A stretch of DNA of 64,000 bases from Candidatus Poribacteria bacterium. GTDB taxonomy: Bacteria; Poribacteria; WGA-4E; WGA-3G. The notes beneath the pieces are model-generated. The model had not been told where the DNA came from, did no database searches, and saw only the letters and a program-made list of their open reading frames with translations. The stretch is taken from positions 135,466-199,465 of the forward strand of contig JAPPFM010000056.1 of assembly GCA_028821605.1 (NCBI GenBank). The letters are read 5' to 3'. The number at the start of each line of letters is the position of its first letter. The stretch's first letter is position 1. The translations under genes were made by a program, and so were the position numbers. Positions 19,120 to 28,777 of the stretch are shown piece after piece.

Positions 19120-19518
19120 ATGCAAATTGAAGATTATTTTAACTTTTTGGCAGAAGATGATATTCGCATTAAAGGCACACGTATAGGCATAGAATCTGTC
19201 CTAGACGAGTATATTAACTACAAACAAACAGCAGAGACAATTGCTGAACGTTTTCATACGGTTACACTGGAACAGGTTTATGCTACAATCCTATATTATC
19301 TGCAAAATAAAGAAAAAGTTGGTGCGTATTTGGAGGATTATCTGGAATATTGCCGAAAAGCTCGAGAAGAGCAGGAGAAAAATCCTTCTCCTGGTGTTAT
19401 TCGCCTGCGTGAACTTATAGCAGAAAGGCGAAAAACTTCTGATAATTCACGCCCGGATATCTCGAAAAACAGTTCCGAAAGCACAACACCATCTCCATCC
19501 AAATATGAACGGGAATAA
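19120..19518 (+). CDS. DUF433 domain protein (antitoxin-like partner of DUF5615)
   Basis: IRIKGTRIGIESVLDEY...ERFHTVTLEQVYATILYY matches the DUF433 pattern (GTRI.V..VL....EEI...YP.LT.E.V.AAL.YY). Confidence 0.6.
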   Translation: MQIEDYFNFLAEDDIRIKGTRIGIESVLDEYINYKQTAETIAERFHTVTLEQVYATILYYLQNKEKVGAYLEDYLEYCRKAREEQEKNPSPGVIRLRELIAERRKTSDNSRPDISKNSSESTTPSPSKYERE

Positions 19519-19520
19519 AG

Positions 19521-19880
19521 ATGCGTCGGTATCTGTTGGACGAACATATTCCGCCAATCTACCGCACGCAATTGCTTTATCATGAATCCTCACTAACGGT
19601 CTTGGAGATTGGCGATCAAGGCGTACCTGCAAGAGGAACATCCGACCCGGAAATCCTGCGCTGGTGTGAGCAGAACGACTTCAGTTTGATAACAAACAAT
19701 CGGAAAAGTATGCCCCAACATCTCGCTGACCATCTATCAGCAGGACATCATATACCAGGCATTTTCACGATTAATCTCAATGCGTCAATAGGATTGATAA
19801 TTGAACAATTGATTCTCATTGCTGGAGCATCCGATGAAGATGAATATATTGACCAAATCGTCTTCATCCCACTTAGATGA
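19521..19880 (+). CDS. DUF5615 (Mut7-C/PIN-like) putative toxin
   Basis: LLDEHIPPI...SDPEILRWCEQNDFSLITNN matches the DUF5615 consensus. The start lies 3 nt after the DUF433 stop, so the two form a classic coupled pair. Confidence 0.6.
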   Translation: MRRYLLDEHIPPIYRTQLLYHESSLTVLEIGDQGVPARGTSDPEILRWCEQNDFSLITNNRKSMPQHLADHLSAGHHIPGIFTINLNASIGLIIEQLILIAGASDEDEYIDQIVFIPLR

Positions 19881-19904
19881 GGAAAAGGATGGAAATCTCC
19901 AAAG

Positions 19905-20693
19905 TTAGTTTCGTTCGATCATTGACTGCTTGAGTGAACCCCACGTTACCGCCAGTTTTCCAATAGGTTCAACCGCCAACGCCAGTGTATGCAATCGCCT
20001 CACGTCGGCATCACTTAACGCCCCCTCAAAAATGGCAACTTCGTCAATAGCACCGGCGTACCAGATACCGCCCAAGTGCTGTGTGTAGGCGATTGTCGGC
20101 TTGTGGGCGGCACCGTAAGCGATACTGATTGGATCGGGTGCCGGAGTCGTCTTTTTTAGTTCACCGTCCAGGTAGATACGGACAGATTTTTTGCTCTCAA
20201 CAACTCCAACAACATGATGCCACTCGCCATCGGCGGGGAACGGCACATAAGCGGAGGGCCAATGCTTTGCCGCGTTTGCTGTGTCCGCACGAATCCAGAT
20301 GCCAACACTATTGTTATCAAGCAGTTGGATGCCGTAGTTGTATTTGTCATAGATCGGATTTCGTGTGCCAAGGGTCGGCTTAATAATCGCCTCCATCGTC
20401 ACAGAAGGGAAGAAGAGGTCCTCACCCATTCGTATCAAATCAACAGCACCGTCAAAATCAAGGGCTTCACTGCGAAACCCATCTATTTGGTTGGGTTTGC
20501 CTGTAATGGTTCCGCCGTTCTTTCCGAAAACATCTTTAACGTCTTTGCCTTGAACGGTGTTTTTGTCAAGGGTCCAAAGTGCCGCAAGCCCCATTTTGAC
20601 TCTTGGATCCTCGGCTACTGCGGATTGAATCACCGTGATAGAAATCACGAAACCGACTAAAAGCAGAGCGGAGAGAGACAATTTCGTTTTCAT
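19905..20693 (-). CDS. secreted LamG/concanavalin-A-like jelly-roll domain protein
   Basis: Signal peptide MKTKLSLSALLLVGFVISITVIQSAVA. LamG-type core (ALDFDGAVDLI...; WHHVVGVVESKKSVRIYLDGEL). Paralog of the next gene. Confidence 0.65.
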   Translation of the reverse strand: MKTKLSLSALLLVGFVISITVIQSAVAEDPRVKMGLAALWTLDKNTVQGKDVKDVFGKNGGTITGKPNQIDGFRSEALDFDGAVDLIRMGEDLFFPSVTMEAIIKPTLGTRNPIYDKYNYGIQLLDNNSVGIWIRADTANAAKHWPSAYVPFPADGEWHHVVGVVESKKSVRIYLDGELKKTTPAPDPISIAYGAAHKPTIAYTQHLGGIWYAGAIDEVAIFEGALSDADVRRLHTLALAVEPIGKLAVTWGSLKQSMIERN

Positions 20694-20742
20694 TGAAACA
20701 TTCCTCCTTAGATTCTAATTTCCTTCTCTGGAATCTTCAAAG

Positions 20743-21561
20743 TTAGTTCTGTTCAGCCATTGATTGTTTTATCCTGCCCCATGTTACAGTGAGTTTACCT
20801 GACGCTTCAACTGACAATGCATCCCGAAGTTTCATCGTGATGTCTTGGATCTCATTTTCAGTCAACGCCTGACTGAAAATTGCCACATCATCAAGCACTC
20901 CTGCCCAATAATCGCCTCTTGGCGCGCCCCAGCGTCCGATTCTTATCGGTTCTGTATTGTGGTCGGGCGGAATATCGGTCGCAGTTTCGCCCTCCATCTC
21001 GCCGTCTATATACGCCCGAAGCACCTTGCCATCGTATGTCGCAGCGACGTGATGCCATTTACCGTCCGCAGCGACTGTTGTGCTAAAGGCAGTCTTCCAA
21101 TTGGCACCCGTCGTGTAGTTCACGCCCAACAATTTTGTATCACCAGCAATAAAGACACCGTAATTTCTCGGTCTCCCAGCAATAGGCTCTTTTCCGAGCA
21201 CGGTTTGCCACTTACCGTTCGGATTCGTTTTGACCCATGCTGATATCGTGTATTCCGTGAGATTGAAAATATCATCGTGTCGGATTTCCACGATATTACC
21301 GTTTCCATCGAAATCGAGGGCTCTTCCCGTCTTGCCCGGAACCCGTTTCGCGCCCATAATATCGCCATCATGCCCGTTCCCTGAAGCATCCTCTGCCGTA
21401 TCGCCTCCGTTCTCGTCAAAAAGCCATGCGGCAAGGAGCGCATCTTCCAATACATTTGCTACGGATATGCTGGTCGTACACAGTAGCCCAATCAGAGTTA
21501 TTAATATCCCTACAAGTGATTTCTGAACAGCCATCATACGCTCCTTTTCCAGCAACATCAA
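20743..21561 (-). CDS. secreted LamG/concanavalin-A-like jelly-roll domain protein (paralog)
   Basis: Signal-like TM LVGILITLIGLLCTTSISVA. Core motifs ALDFDGNGNIVEI...YTISAWVK...WHHVAATYDGKVLRAYIDGE. The ATG overlaps the upstream PhyH stop (ATGA). Confidence 0.65.
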   Translation of the reverse strand: MMLLEKERMMAVQKSLVGILITLIGLLCTTSISVANVLEDALLAAWLFDENGGDTAEDASGNGHDGDIMGAKRVPGKTGRALDFDGNGNIVEIRHDDIFNLTEYTISAWVKTNPNGKWQTVLGKEPIAGRPRNYGVFIAGDTKLLGVNYTTGANWKTAFSTTVAADGKWHHVAATYDGKVLRAYIDGEMEGETATDIPPDHNTEPIRIGRWGAPRGDYWAGVLDDVAIFSQALTENEIQDITMKLRDALSVEASGKLTVTWGRIKQSMAEQN

Positions 21562-22421
21562 TTGGACTCGGAAACAGGCAGCACATCGCGTTCGACTTCG
21601 TGGACCTTGTCTGGAAAGGTTTTACCACGAATCCATACGACGGGTTGCCTTGTCCTACTATTCGGTGCAGCAGGATGTGCCCAGTCTGCTTGGGCACTGA
21701 GGTAGTGGATAACATAACTCCGACGAAACCGTAGACTATGATTGTCCATGCTCTTATGCAGGAGATGACTATGGAACCAGATCACAGCGCCGGGTGGTAC
21801 TTCTACCGGAATACCGTCTTCATCGCGTGCACCGCGCGCCAACTTGAACTCGCGTTGTTGTGAACCCTCAAGATCGTCATGCTCAAAAATATCCCATTTA
21901 TGGCTGCCGGGGATAACATAGAGACAACCGTTTTCGCGATCTGCCGCGTCAATGGCTGTCCACGTTCCAACAGTCGTCTCGGTATTAAACCGATTGCAGA
22001 AATAGAACTTGTCCTGATGCCATGGGAAACCGAGACCAATCTTCGGTGCCTTCCAGATAAACAGATTATTGATACCGAGGATGTCTGGACCAAGAATGTC
22101 AACAAGTGGATCGGTGAGGCGAGGATCGCGGACGCGGGCAAGGAATTCTGGGCAGTAGCAGCTGGGATGATGAATCTTGTGCATCGCATAAATGCCTTGC
22201 TCCTCCGCTTTCCCATCTCTGACGAGTGCGTTTTGATTGATGTTTGTGGACGGAAATGGACGTTTCCTGTCCACAACGTCTTCAGCGACTTGACGGAGGA
22301 CATCATTCTCTTCAGCGGAAAATACGTTCAACCGAACAACGTAACCCTTCTCGTTCCAGTGTGTCAACTCCTTCGCGCTCAAACCAAAACGCCTGTCTTG
22401 TGGTGTTGCTTCTGTCGGCAT
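21558..22421 (-). CDS. phytanoyl-CoA dioxygenase (PhyH) family oxygenase
   Basis: WHQD ... WFHSHLLHKS motifs. Highly similar, at protein and nucleotide level, to the adjacent upstream paralog. Confidence 0.75.
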   Translation of the reverse strand: MPTEATPQDRRFGLSAKELTHWNEKGYVVRLNVFSAEENDVLRQVAEDVVDRKRPFPSTNINQNALVRDGKAEEQGIYAMHKIHHPSCYCPEFLARVRDPRLTDPLVDILGPDILGINNLFIWKAPKIGLGFPWHQDKFYFCNRFNTETTVGTWTAIDAADRENGCLYVIPGSHKWDIFEHDDLEGSQQREFKLARGARDEDGIPVEVPPGAVIWFHSHLLHKSMDNHSLRFRRSYVIHYLSAQADWAHPAAPNSRTRQPVVWIRGKTFPDKVHEVERDVLPVSESN

Positions 22422-22439
22422 GGCTGTCTCCTGTTAATG

Positions 22440-23294
22440 TCAAGCCGATTCTGGGATTGGTAGAACATCGCGTTCGACTTCGTGAACCTTGTCGGGAAAG
22501 GTCCTACCGCGAATCCACATGACGGCTGAACCTCCCGTAGGTTTAGGCGTTGTCCATTCTGCTTGCGCACTGAGGTAATGAGCAACGAAACTACGGCGGA
22601 ACCGTAGGCTATGATTGTCCATGCTCTTATGCAGAAGGTGGCTGTGAAACCAGATGACTGCCCCCGGTGGCACCTCTACTGGGACACCGTCTTCGTCGCG
22701 GACACCACGTGCCAATTTGAATTCACGTTGTTGTGAACCTTCAAGGTCGTCGTGCTGAAAGATGTCCCATTTATGGCTACCCGGGATAACGTAGAGACAC
22801 CCGTTCTCCCGATCTGCTGGGTCGATAGCCGTCCACGTCCCGACAGTCGTCTTTGTCCTAAACCGAGTGCGGAAATAGAATTTATCTTGATGCCATGGGA
22901 AACCGAGACCAATCTTCGGTGCTTTCCAGATAAACAACGTATTGATACCGAGAATGTCTGGACCGAGAAGGTCAACGATTGGGTCGGTTAGACGCGGATC
23001 GCGCACACGGGCGAGGAATTCTGGGTCGTAGCAGCTCGGAAAATGAATTTTGTGTATGGCGTAGATACCTTGCTGCTCTGCTTTTCCATCTCTAACGAGG
23101 GCATTCTGATCAATATGTTCAGGCGGAAATGGACGTTTCCGGTCAACAATATCTTCCGCAACTTGCCGGAACGCATCGTTTTCTTCAGCGGTGAATACGT
23201 CCAAGCGGACCAGATAACCGTTCTCATTCCAATATGCTAATTCGTCCGCGCTCAAGCCAAAACGCCGATCCTGTAGCGTTGATTCTGTGTTCAT
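22440..23294 (-). CDS. phytanoyl-CoA dioxygenase (PhyH) family oxygenase (tandem paralog)
   Basis: Same motifs as the previous gene, in the same orientation, with an 18-bp spacer. Confidence 0.75.
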   Translation of the reverse strand: MNTESTLQDRRFGLSADELAYWNENGYLVRLDVFTAEENDAFRQVAEDIVDRKRPFPPEHIDQNALVRDGKAEQQGIYAIHKIHFPSCYDPEFLARVRDPRLTDPIVDLLGPDILGINTLFIWKAPKIGLGFPWHQDKFYFRTRFRTKTTVGTWTAIDPADRENGCLYVIPGSHKWDIFQHDDLEGSQQREFKLARGVRDEDGVPVEVPPGAVIWFHSHLLHKSMDNHSLRFRRSFVAHYLSAQAEWTTPKPTGGSAVMWIRGRTFPDKVHEVERDVLPIPESA

Positions 23295-23441
23295 TACGAT
23301 CTCCTGTTTCAGAGCATACGGGACAGATGAAAGAATTTCCGAACCGCCGCAAAAATCATAGCATATTTTGGGAAAAAGTCAAGAAAAATCAGAACGGTTC
23401 AATTACCGCGAGGTGCCCTTACACAAAAGCGGATACGTGCG

Positions 23442-25586
23442 TTAAAATTTATATGTGGCTCCGAAAGTGAAATTAAACGGAAACCGCACAGGACTCTTAT
23501 ACTCCGAGGTCTCCAAGTCTATCGGAAATTCTTCGGAATCCGCTTTCTTGAATTCCTCAACAAATTTATCAGGGAAACTGAAATTTATCTCATTTTGGCT
23601 GTTATAGACATTCCAGACTTCAATGAATTCAGTTACAGGAATGCTCCATTGCGTTCTTTCCCGACTCAACCGAAGGTCTAAGCGGTGATATGCTTGAAAC
23701 GCAGTGGGTGCAATCGCGCCTGCGACATCAGAGAGAAGTGGATGCATACCGAGCGTGACGGGATCTTGGATCATTAGGAGTGTGCTTAGAGGAACTGCGG
23801 AAGTACCGCTTACATATTGCCACTTTGCGCCGATACTGACTTTGGGTCTCGGACTATAGTTAGCAACGAGACTGGCAATGTGTGTATTGTCAAAAAGAAA
23901 GGGTTTGTAGAGTGCGTCGGGGGTCTCACGCCGTTCTGCATGGGTGTAGGCGTAAGAGAGCCATCCGAAAAACCTTTCGCTCATACGGTGCCTCAGGAAA
24001 ATCTCTGCCCCGTTTACAAAGCCAGTGCCTTGATTGCGATATGCGGTTGTAATCAGTGTATCCGTGTCATCAAAGAGTGCGTCAACATTGACAGCTCGGG
24101 TGACCAATTTTTCCATGTCTTTGTAATAAAGCGCAAATTTGAGTTGTGTTTGGGGTGAGAGTTCATGCTCTAATTCGACGACATAATGTTCGGTTATGCT
24201 CGATTTCAGGTCTCTGTTCCCATCTGTTTTGAGGACTTGATACGCGAACGGGCTCTGTTCGTATCTACCATAAGCGAATCGGAGGGTAGAGGTCGTCGGG
24301 AGTGTTAAGCTAAGGCTGCCGCGTGGTTGAATTGAGAGTTCCTCCGTCAAATTGAGGTAATCAAACCGCACGCCCAGCGCGACTGATAGAAAGGATAGTG
24401 GATCGTAACGTGCCTGTAGGTATCCCTCTGCCTGCTGGAAGTCGTAATGGAATGCATCGAATTTCTCTTTCCAAACGAGTTTCTCGTCATCAGCACTGAT
24501 ATTCTGTGGGAGAAGGGTGTGTGTCGCACTCTCGGCTGGACTGAAGGCGAAGAGAAATCCTGGTTCAAGTTGAAGTTTCGGAGTGAGCTTGTAGGCGATG
24601 TCTTCGCGAAGGGTATACGTTGGCGTGTTAACTTGGACTGAGTAGATAAATTTCTCACTTGGCGATGCTTCACTTTGGCTCGGATTGCCACCGAAATTGA
24701 TATTGAGGAAGTTATAAGAATGCGTAAGTGAAAGATGGGATATGAGTCTATCGGTGAGATGCGAGCGGAGGTGGATGCCTTCTGCCTGAAACCCGTTCTT
24801 GAAATAGGCGGAAGAACGTGATGTTTCTTCTGATTCGGTGTTAGAAAAGTCGAAATGATCTGTCGCACCTATAGCGTTGACAGTGAGGTGATGTTTTTCG
24901 GTGAGTTGGTATGCAAATTTAAGTTCATAATCCGACCAAGTGGGAAATGTCCAATCAAAGAAAAGTCCGAGTATAAGATTATAGGTTGCGAAACGTCCAG
25001 CGACGGACGCATAACCCTTGTCCCCGATTTTGGTTTCAAAGAACCCATACGGCGATATAAAATTGAAGTCCACGACACCGCCCCTCTGTTTATTCAAACG
25101 TTCGCGCGTTCGGATGTCAATAACCGATTGCGCATCCAATCCGAATTCTGCACCGTAGCCAGCTGCATACACATAAATACTTTCAATACTATCCGAATGT
25201 GTCGTTGAGAAGAGTCCGCCAAAGTGAAACGGATAACTCAGCGGAGTCCTGTCAATATAGATGCGCGTATCGCCGGGTGCACTCCCGCGGATATGGAAGG
25301 CGCGGAGGAAATCGTTGGGGACACCGATTCCTGGCAGTGTCGTGATGGCTCTGAGTGCATCACTTCCTGCACTGATCTGGACGAGTTCGCTGCCTCGCAT
25401 TTCTTTACGGCTGATCGTTGGGTGAAGGCGTTGTCCTTCCACAACCACTGTTTCAAGTTGGACACCTGTTCCAACGGACTGTTCGGTGCTTTCCGGTGTA
25501 TCCTCTTGAGCAGGGTTCGTCTCGGCAAACACAGAGAACGGCATCATGATCCCAATAGATAGGAGGAAAAATAAGCAAGATTTCAT
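23442..25586 (-). CDS. TonB-dependent receptor-like outer-membrane beta-barrel protein
   Basis: Signal peptide MKSCLFFLLSIGIMMPFSVFA. Plug-like region VVVEGQRL...LPGIGVPNDFLRAFHIRGSAPGD. C-terminal aromatic terminus ...FGATYKF. The track ORF start at 25667 was trimmed to the signal-peptide Met. Confidence 0.65.
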   Translation of the reverse strand: MKSCLFFLLSIGIMMPFSVFAETNPAQEDTPESTEQSVGTGVQLETVVVEGQRLHPTISRKEMRGSELVQISAGSDALRAITTLPGIGVPNDFLRAFHIRGSAPGDTRIYIDRTPLSYPFHFGGLFSTTHSDSIESIYVYAAGYGAEFGLDAQSVIDIRTRERLNKQRGGVVDFNFISPYGFFETKIGDKGYASVAGRFATYNLILGLFFDWTFPTWSDYELKFAYQLTEKHHLTVNAIGATDHFDFSNTESEETSRSSAYFKNGFQAEGIHLRSHLTDRLISHLSLTHSYNFLNINFGGNPSQSEASPSEKFIYSVQVNTPTYTLREDIAYKLTPKLQLEPGFLFAFSPAESATHTLLPQNISADDEKLVWKEKFDAFHYDFQQAEGYLQARYDPLSFLSVALGVRFDYLNLTEELSIQPRGSLSLTLPTTSTLRFAYGRYEQSPFAYQVLKTDGNRDLKSSITEHYVVELEHELSPQTQLKFALYYKDMEKLVTRAVNVDALFDDTDTLITTAYRNQGTGFVNGAEIFLRHRMSERFFGWLSYAYTHAERRETPDALYKPFLFDNTHIASLVANYSPRPKVSIGAKWQYVSGTSAVPLSTLLMIQDPVTLGMHPLLSDVAGAIAPTAFQAYHRLDLRLSRERTQWSIPVTEFIEVWNVYNSQNEINFSFPDKFVEEFKKADSEEFPIDLETSEYKSPVRFPFNFTFGATYKF

Positions 25587-25728
25587 AGGTGAGTTTCGAC
25601 TTCCTTTAGGATAGGTTGTGAACGGTGTAAACAGAATGAGATACTTGAAAAACGTCAATCTCAGCATGCTGAATAGCGTGCTTATCGCCTATGCAGCCAC
25701 ACAAGCGTTTGCGAACAACGCTGAAACC

Positions 25729-27288
25729 TTACGGTTTCTCAAAAATCGTCTCGTCTAACGTGCTGTCAATCTCTGTTTTTGTAATGGTGTAATTGACCGT
25801 TAGCGCACCGTCCCCAATAGAGATTTCATAGGAATTGGGCAACATTACACCTTCATAATCCGTATAATCGGCGTAGTGAAGGACCGCGATAGCATTTTTG
25901 ACGTTTAGATCTGTATAGGTAGTCTTCGCCCCGACGAGTAGGTTAGAAGCTTTATCGATATAGAATACATCTTCCGTGTCAATAACTCGAATCACGGAGC
26001 ATTCCTTACCTCGGAACAGTTCATCTTCAATTTGTTGAAATACACTGCTACCAAGTTCTTCGTAGATTGCCTGCAATGGATCTATATAGGTTGTGCTTTT
26101 GGCACGCCCATATTCTGTTTCTGGCAGGATAGTTGGACTATTTCCCATAACGGATTTCCAACCGCCTTCATCATTCCAGACACTGGTTTCACTGAAGAGT
26201 TCACCGAAGTCCTGCTGGTTATACGATTTTTTTCCAACGACTGCTGCTATTTCAACGCGACCTGATTCGTTTACAGGTTGCCCATTCCACTGCGTTAATT
26301 GTGCGTCGCCGGAACGTCGGACATTCCGAATTTCTGAGAGCCGCGCGAGACCGCCAATAGCATTAAAGTGTGATTCAAGTATATCGTTGAGTTTCATGCC
26401 TGTACTACTCCTTTTATTACTGCTGTCAATATTTCCAAACTGATTTCGGACATCAGGCTTTGATGTGAGATCAAGAACAATGGGAACGTCAATAAGCTCG
26501 ACAGTCATCTCGGATGTAGCATCAAAACTGTAAGGCCGCTGGAAACGCGCCAAGTATTGGTTGCTGATGCCGAGCATCATCACAACCAGAATAAGAGTTG
26601 AAGTCGCAATTGCCCACGGCACTACTGGTGGGTTTCCGCCAGTAGGAGATAAGGGTTTGATCCGCGGAATTTCTCGCATGATGTTTTCGGTTAAATTGGG
26701 AGACAGTTGGAAACTGCTCAGTGCCTCGCGAATCATCGGTTCGTGCTTTTTTAAGCGTTGCAGGGCGCGGCGGACACGCATCCGAACTGTATCGGCGGAC
26801 ATCCCTAAAAACGCGCCTATCTCCTCATAAGTCATTTCGCCGAAGTAGTAGAGCGTGACGACAGTGCGATCGCTTTCCTTCAACTTCGCCAATAAGTTTT
26901 TGACCAATTCGCGTTTGGTTTCCGCTGCACTTTCCGCTTGCTTTGTAGCTACGTAACTGGAGTAAGAAGTTCCGTCTGCTATTGCCATATCTATTTCCTC
27001 CACGGATTGCGTTTGGATCCGTTTCTTGCGAAGCCACGCGAGGCAGCAACGGTTCGTAATAACGTAAAGCCATCCCGGAAACTGACTTGGATTTTTCAGC
27101 GTTGCCAATTTTCGATAGACCTGTAGGAATGTTTCCTGCGTAATATCTTCAGCGATATGGAAATCCCCTATTTTTCGCCATGCAAGCGCGTGAACCCGCT
27201 TCTGGTACTTTCTAACCAAACACGCAAAAGCAGCATCGTCACCTTCAAGGATACGTTGAATTAGTTCAATATTGTCATTTCTCATCAA
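25729..27288 (-). CDS. ECF sigma-70 factor fused to a transmembrane anti-sigma-like C-terminal extracytoplasmic domain (LolA/DUF4367-like)
   Basis: Sigma region 2 (HIAEDITQETFLQVYRKL) and region 4 (YEEIGAFLGMSADTVRMRVRRALQRL), then a TM helix VVPWAIATSTLILVVMMLGI and about 280 aa of extracytoplasmic domain. Confidence 0.7.
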   Translation of the reverse strand: MMRNDNIELIQRILEGDDAAFACLVRKYQKRVHALAWRKIGDFHIAEDITQETFLQVYRKLATLKNPSQFPGWLYVITNRCCLAWLRKKRIQTQSVEEIDMAIADGTSYSSYVATKQAESAAETKRELVKNLLAKLKESDRTVVTLYYFGEMTYEEIGAFLGMSADTVRMRVRRALQRLKKHEPMIREALSSFQLSPNLTENIMREIPRIKPLSPTGGNPPVVPWAIATSTLILVVMMLGISNQYLARFQRPYSFDATSEMTVELIDVPIVLDLTSKPDVRNQFGNIDSSNKRSSTGMKLNDILESHFNAIGGLARLSEIRNVRRSGDAQLTQWNGQPVNESGRVEIAAVVGKKSYNQQDFGELFSETSVWNDEGGWKSVMGNSPTILPETEYGRAKSTTYIDPLQAIYEELGSSVFQQIEDELFRGKECSVIRVIDTEDVFYIDKASNLLVGAKTTYTDLNVKNAIAVLHYADYTDYEGVMLPNSYEISIGDGALTVNYTITKTEIDSTLDETIFEKP

Positions 27289-27480
27289 ACACCTCTAACG
27301 GAAAATGCTTTATCTACCTTTATCTACTATATAGTGACGCGACTTGAGGGGAAAAGCGTACACAATTCCGCGAAAAAGTGGAAAACTTTACACACCTACC
27401 TCAAAGTTTGCGTAAATATTCTAAAGTATGCTAAAATAGCGTACTGGTTCAAAATCACTGTCTGACACGGAGGAACGACA

Positions 27481-28659
27481 ATGAGCACGAATGAATCACA
27501 AGCGAAGGAAACTTACCGCGCGACTGCATTCGCGGATTTCGAACCTGAACTTTCGGCTCCGGGTGCCACACCTGAAAGATTGGCATACTTAAAGGAGCAC
27601 GGCTTTGTCATCATCAACGATTTTGTTGATAACCCGTGGATTCCTATTCTTCGAGAAGCCGGACGGCGTGTTACCGAGGCATGCGCCCCGGAACACGTCT
27701 ACGACAAAATCGACTGTTCAAAGGGTTACGTACATCGTGCAGCGGAAGATGAACCGTGGGCAATCCGGGGACTCATCCATCCTGCTTTCGATGAGCCAAG
27801 TTTCGCCGAATTCCACGGCTCTTCGGATTTCTTGGATTTCATTACCTCATGGTGTCACGGGGTTCAACCTGAGGACCTGACATTTAGTGGCATGCTGCTA
27901 TGGGCGAACCCCCGACGGAACGAGAATGGTCCAAGTTGGCACAGAGACGTGACATGGTGGGGTGATGGAGCAGGCTACTTCTCACAGCGGGAGATCCGTG
28001 GAGATACCCCTGAAGATTATTCAGAAGAGGTGGAGCGGATCCGTTGGAAAGAGATTCAAGAAGGCAACGAGAAGCGAATCACCGAACGGAACGGCGTAAG
28101 CATGTTTTTGGCACTCACAGACGACGAATGCCATGAACTCATCCCTGGTAGCCACCACCGGTGGCGCACTCCGTTTGAACACGATGTCCTACTCCCACAA
28201 TCGATGAAGGATCAAGGTGTTCCGTATACACCGAGCTGGAATAAGAAAGACCCGTTACCTGGTCAGGTCGCCATTCGGCTCAAGCCGGGTGAGGCACTCA
28301 TCCGAAATGGCAACAACATCCATACCGGACACACTGTGCCTGAACGGGAGCGCAACACACTGTCAATTGGTTGGTCGAAATGGTCGGGTGAATTCACTGG
28401 CGAGCCGTCAGTCGCGGACGCACGGAACGCGTGGCAATTGGATCCTGCTGTCCGAGAGGCTTTACCGCACACGTGGATGCAGACGGCGTGGGACCGCTGG
28501 GCGGAAACGCAGAAACTCGGTGAAACACTTGAAGACCGGTATGCTGGTTATGACATCCGGCAGATCAAATCCGGAAAAGTCGTTGGCTGGCGCACTGAAT
28601 TGGAACGTCAAGCCGCTGCAGCCGGTGACGCGTGGGAATCTTTCCAAACCGTTGGCTAA
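27481..28659 (+). CDS. PhyH-like Fe(II)/2OG dioxygenase family protein with C-terminal extension
   Basis: GPSWHRDVTWWGDG and NIHTGHT motifs. 392 aa. Confidence 0.55.
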   Translation: MSTNESQAKETYRATAFADFEPELSAPGATPERLAYLKEHGFVIINDFVDNPWIPILREAGRRVTEACAPEHVYDKIDCSKGYVHRAAEDEPWAIRGLIHPAFDEPSFAEFHGSSDFLDFITSWCHGVQPEDLTFSGMLLWANPRRNENGPSWHRDVTWWGDGAGYFSQREIRGDTPEDYSEEVERIRWKEIQEGNEKRITERNGVSMFLALTDDECHELIPGSHHRWRTPFEHDVLLPQSMKDQGVPYTPSWNKKDPLPGQVAIRLKPGEALIRNGNNIHTGHTVPERERNTLSIGWSKWSGEFTGEPSVADARNAWQLDPAVREALPHTWMQTAWDRWAETQKLGETLEDRYAGYDIRQIKSGKVVGWRTELERQAAAAGDAWESFQTVG

Positions 28660-28735
28660 TCCCCAACTATAGTGAATTCTCAAAATAGGTAGACTTTTAC
28701 CTATAGGTACTCCATTAGCGAACTTTCTAAATTCA

Positions 28736-28777
28736 CCTATCCCCTGTCCCCCTGATAAGGGGGATTTAGGGGATAGG
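28736..28777. other. C-rich imperfect palindrome (cctatcccctgtccccc tgataa gggggatttaggggatagg)
   Basis: 17-nt arms with one 3-nt bulge, 77 nt after the PhyH-like stop, in a 600-bp AT-rich non-coding gap. Confidence 0.4.
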
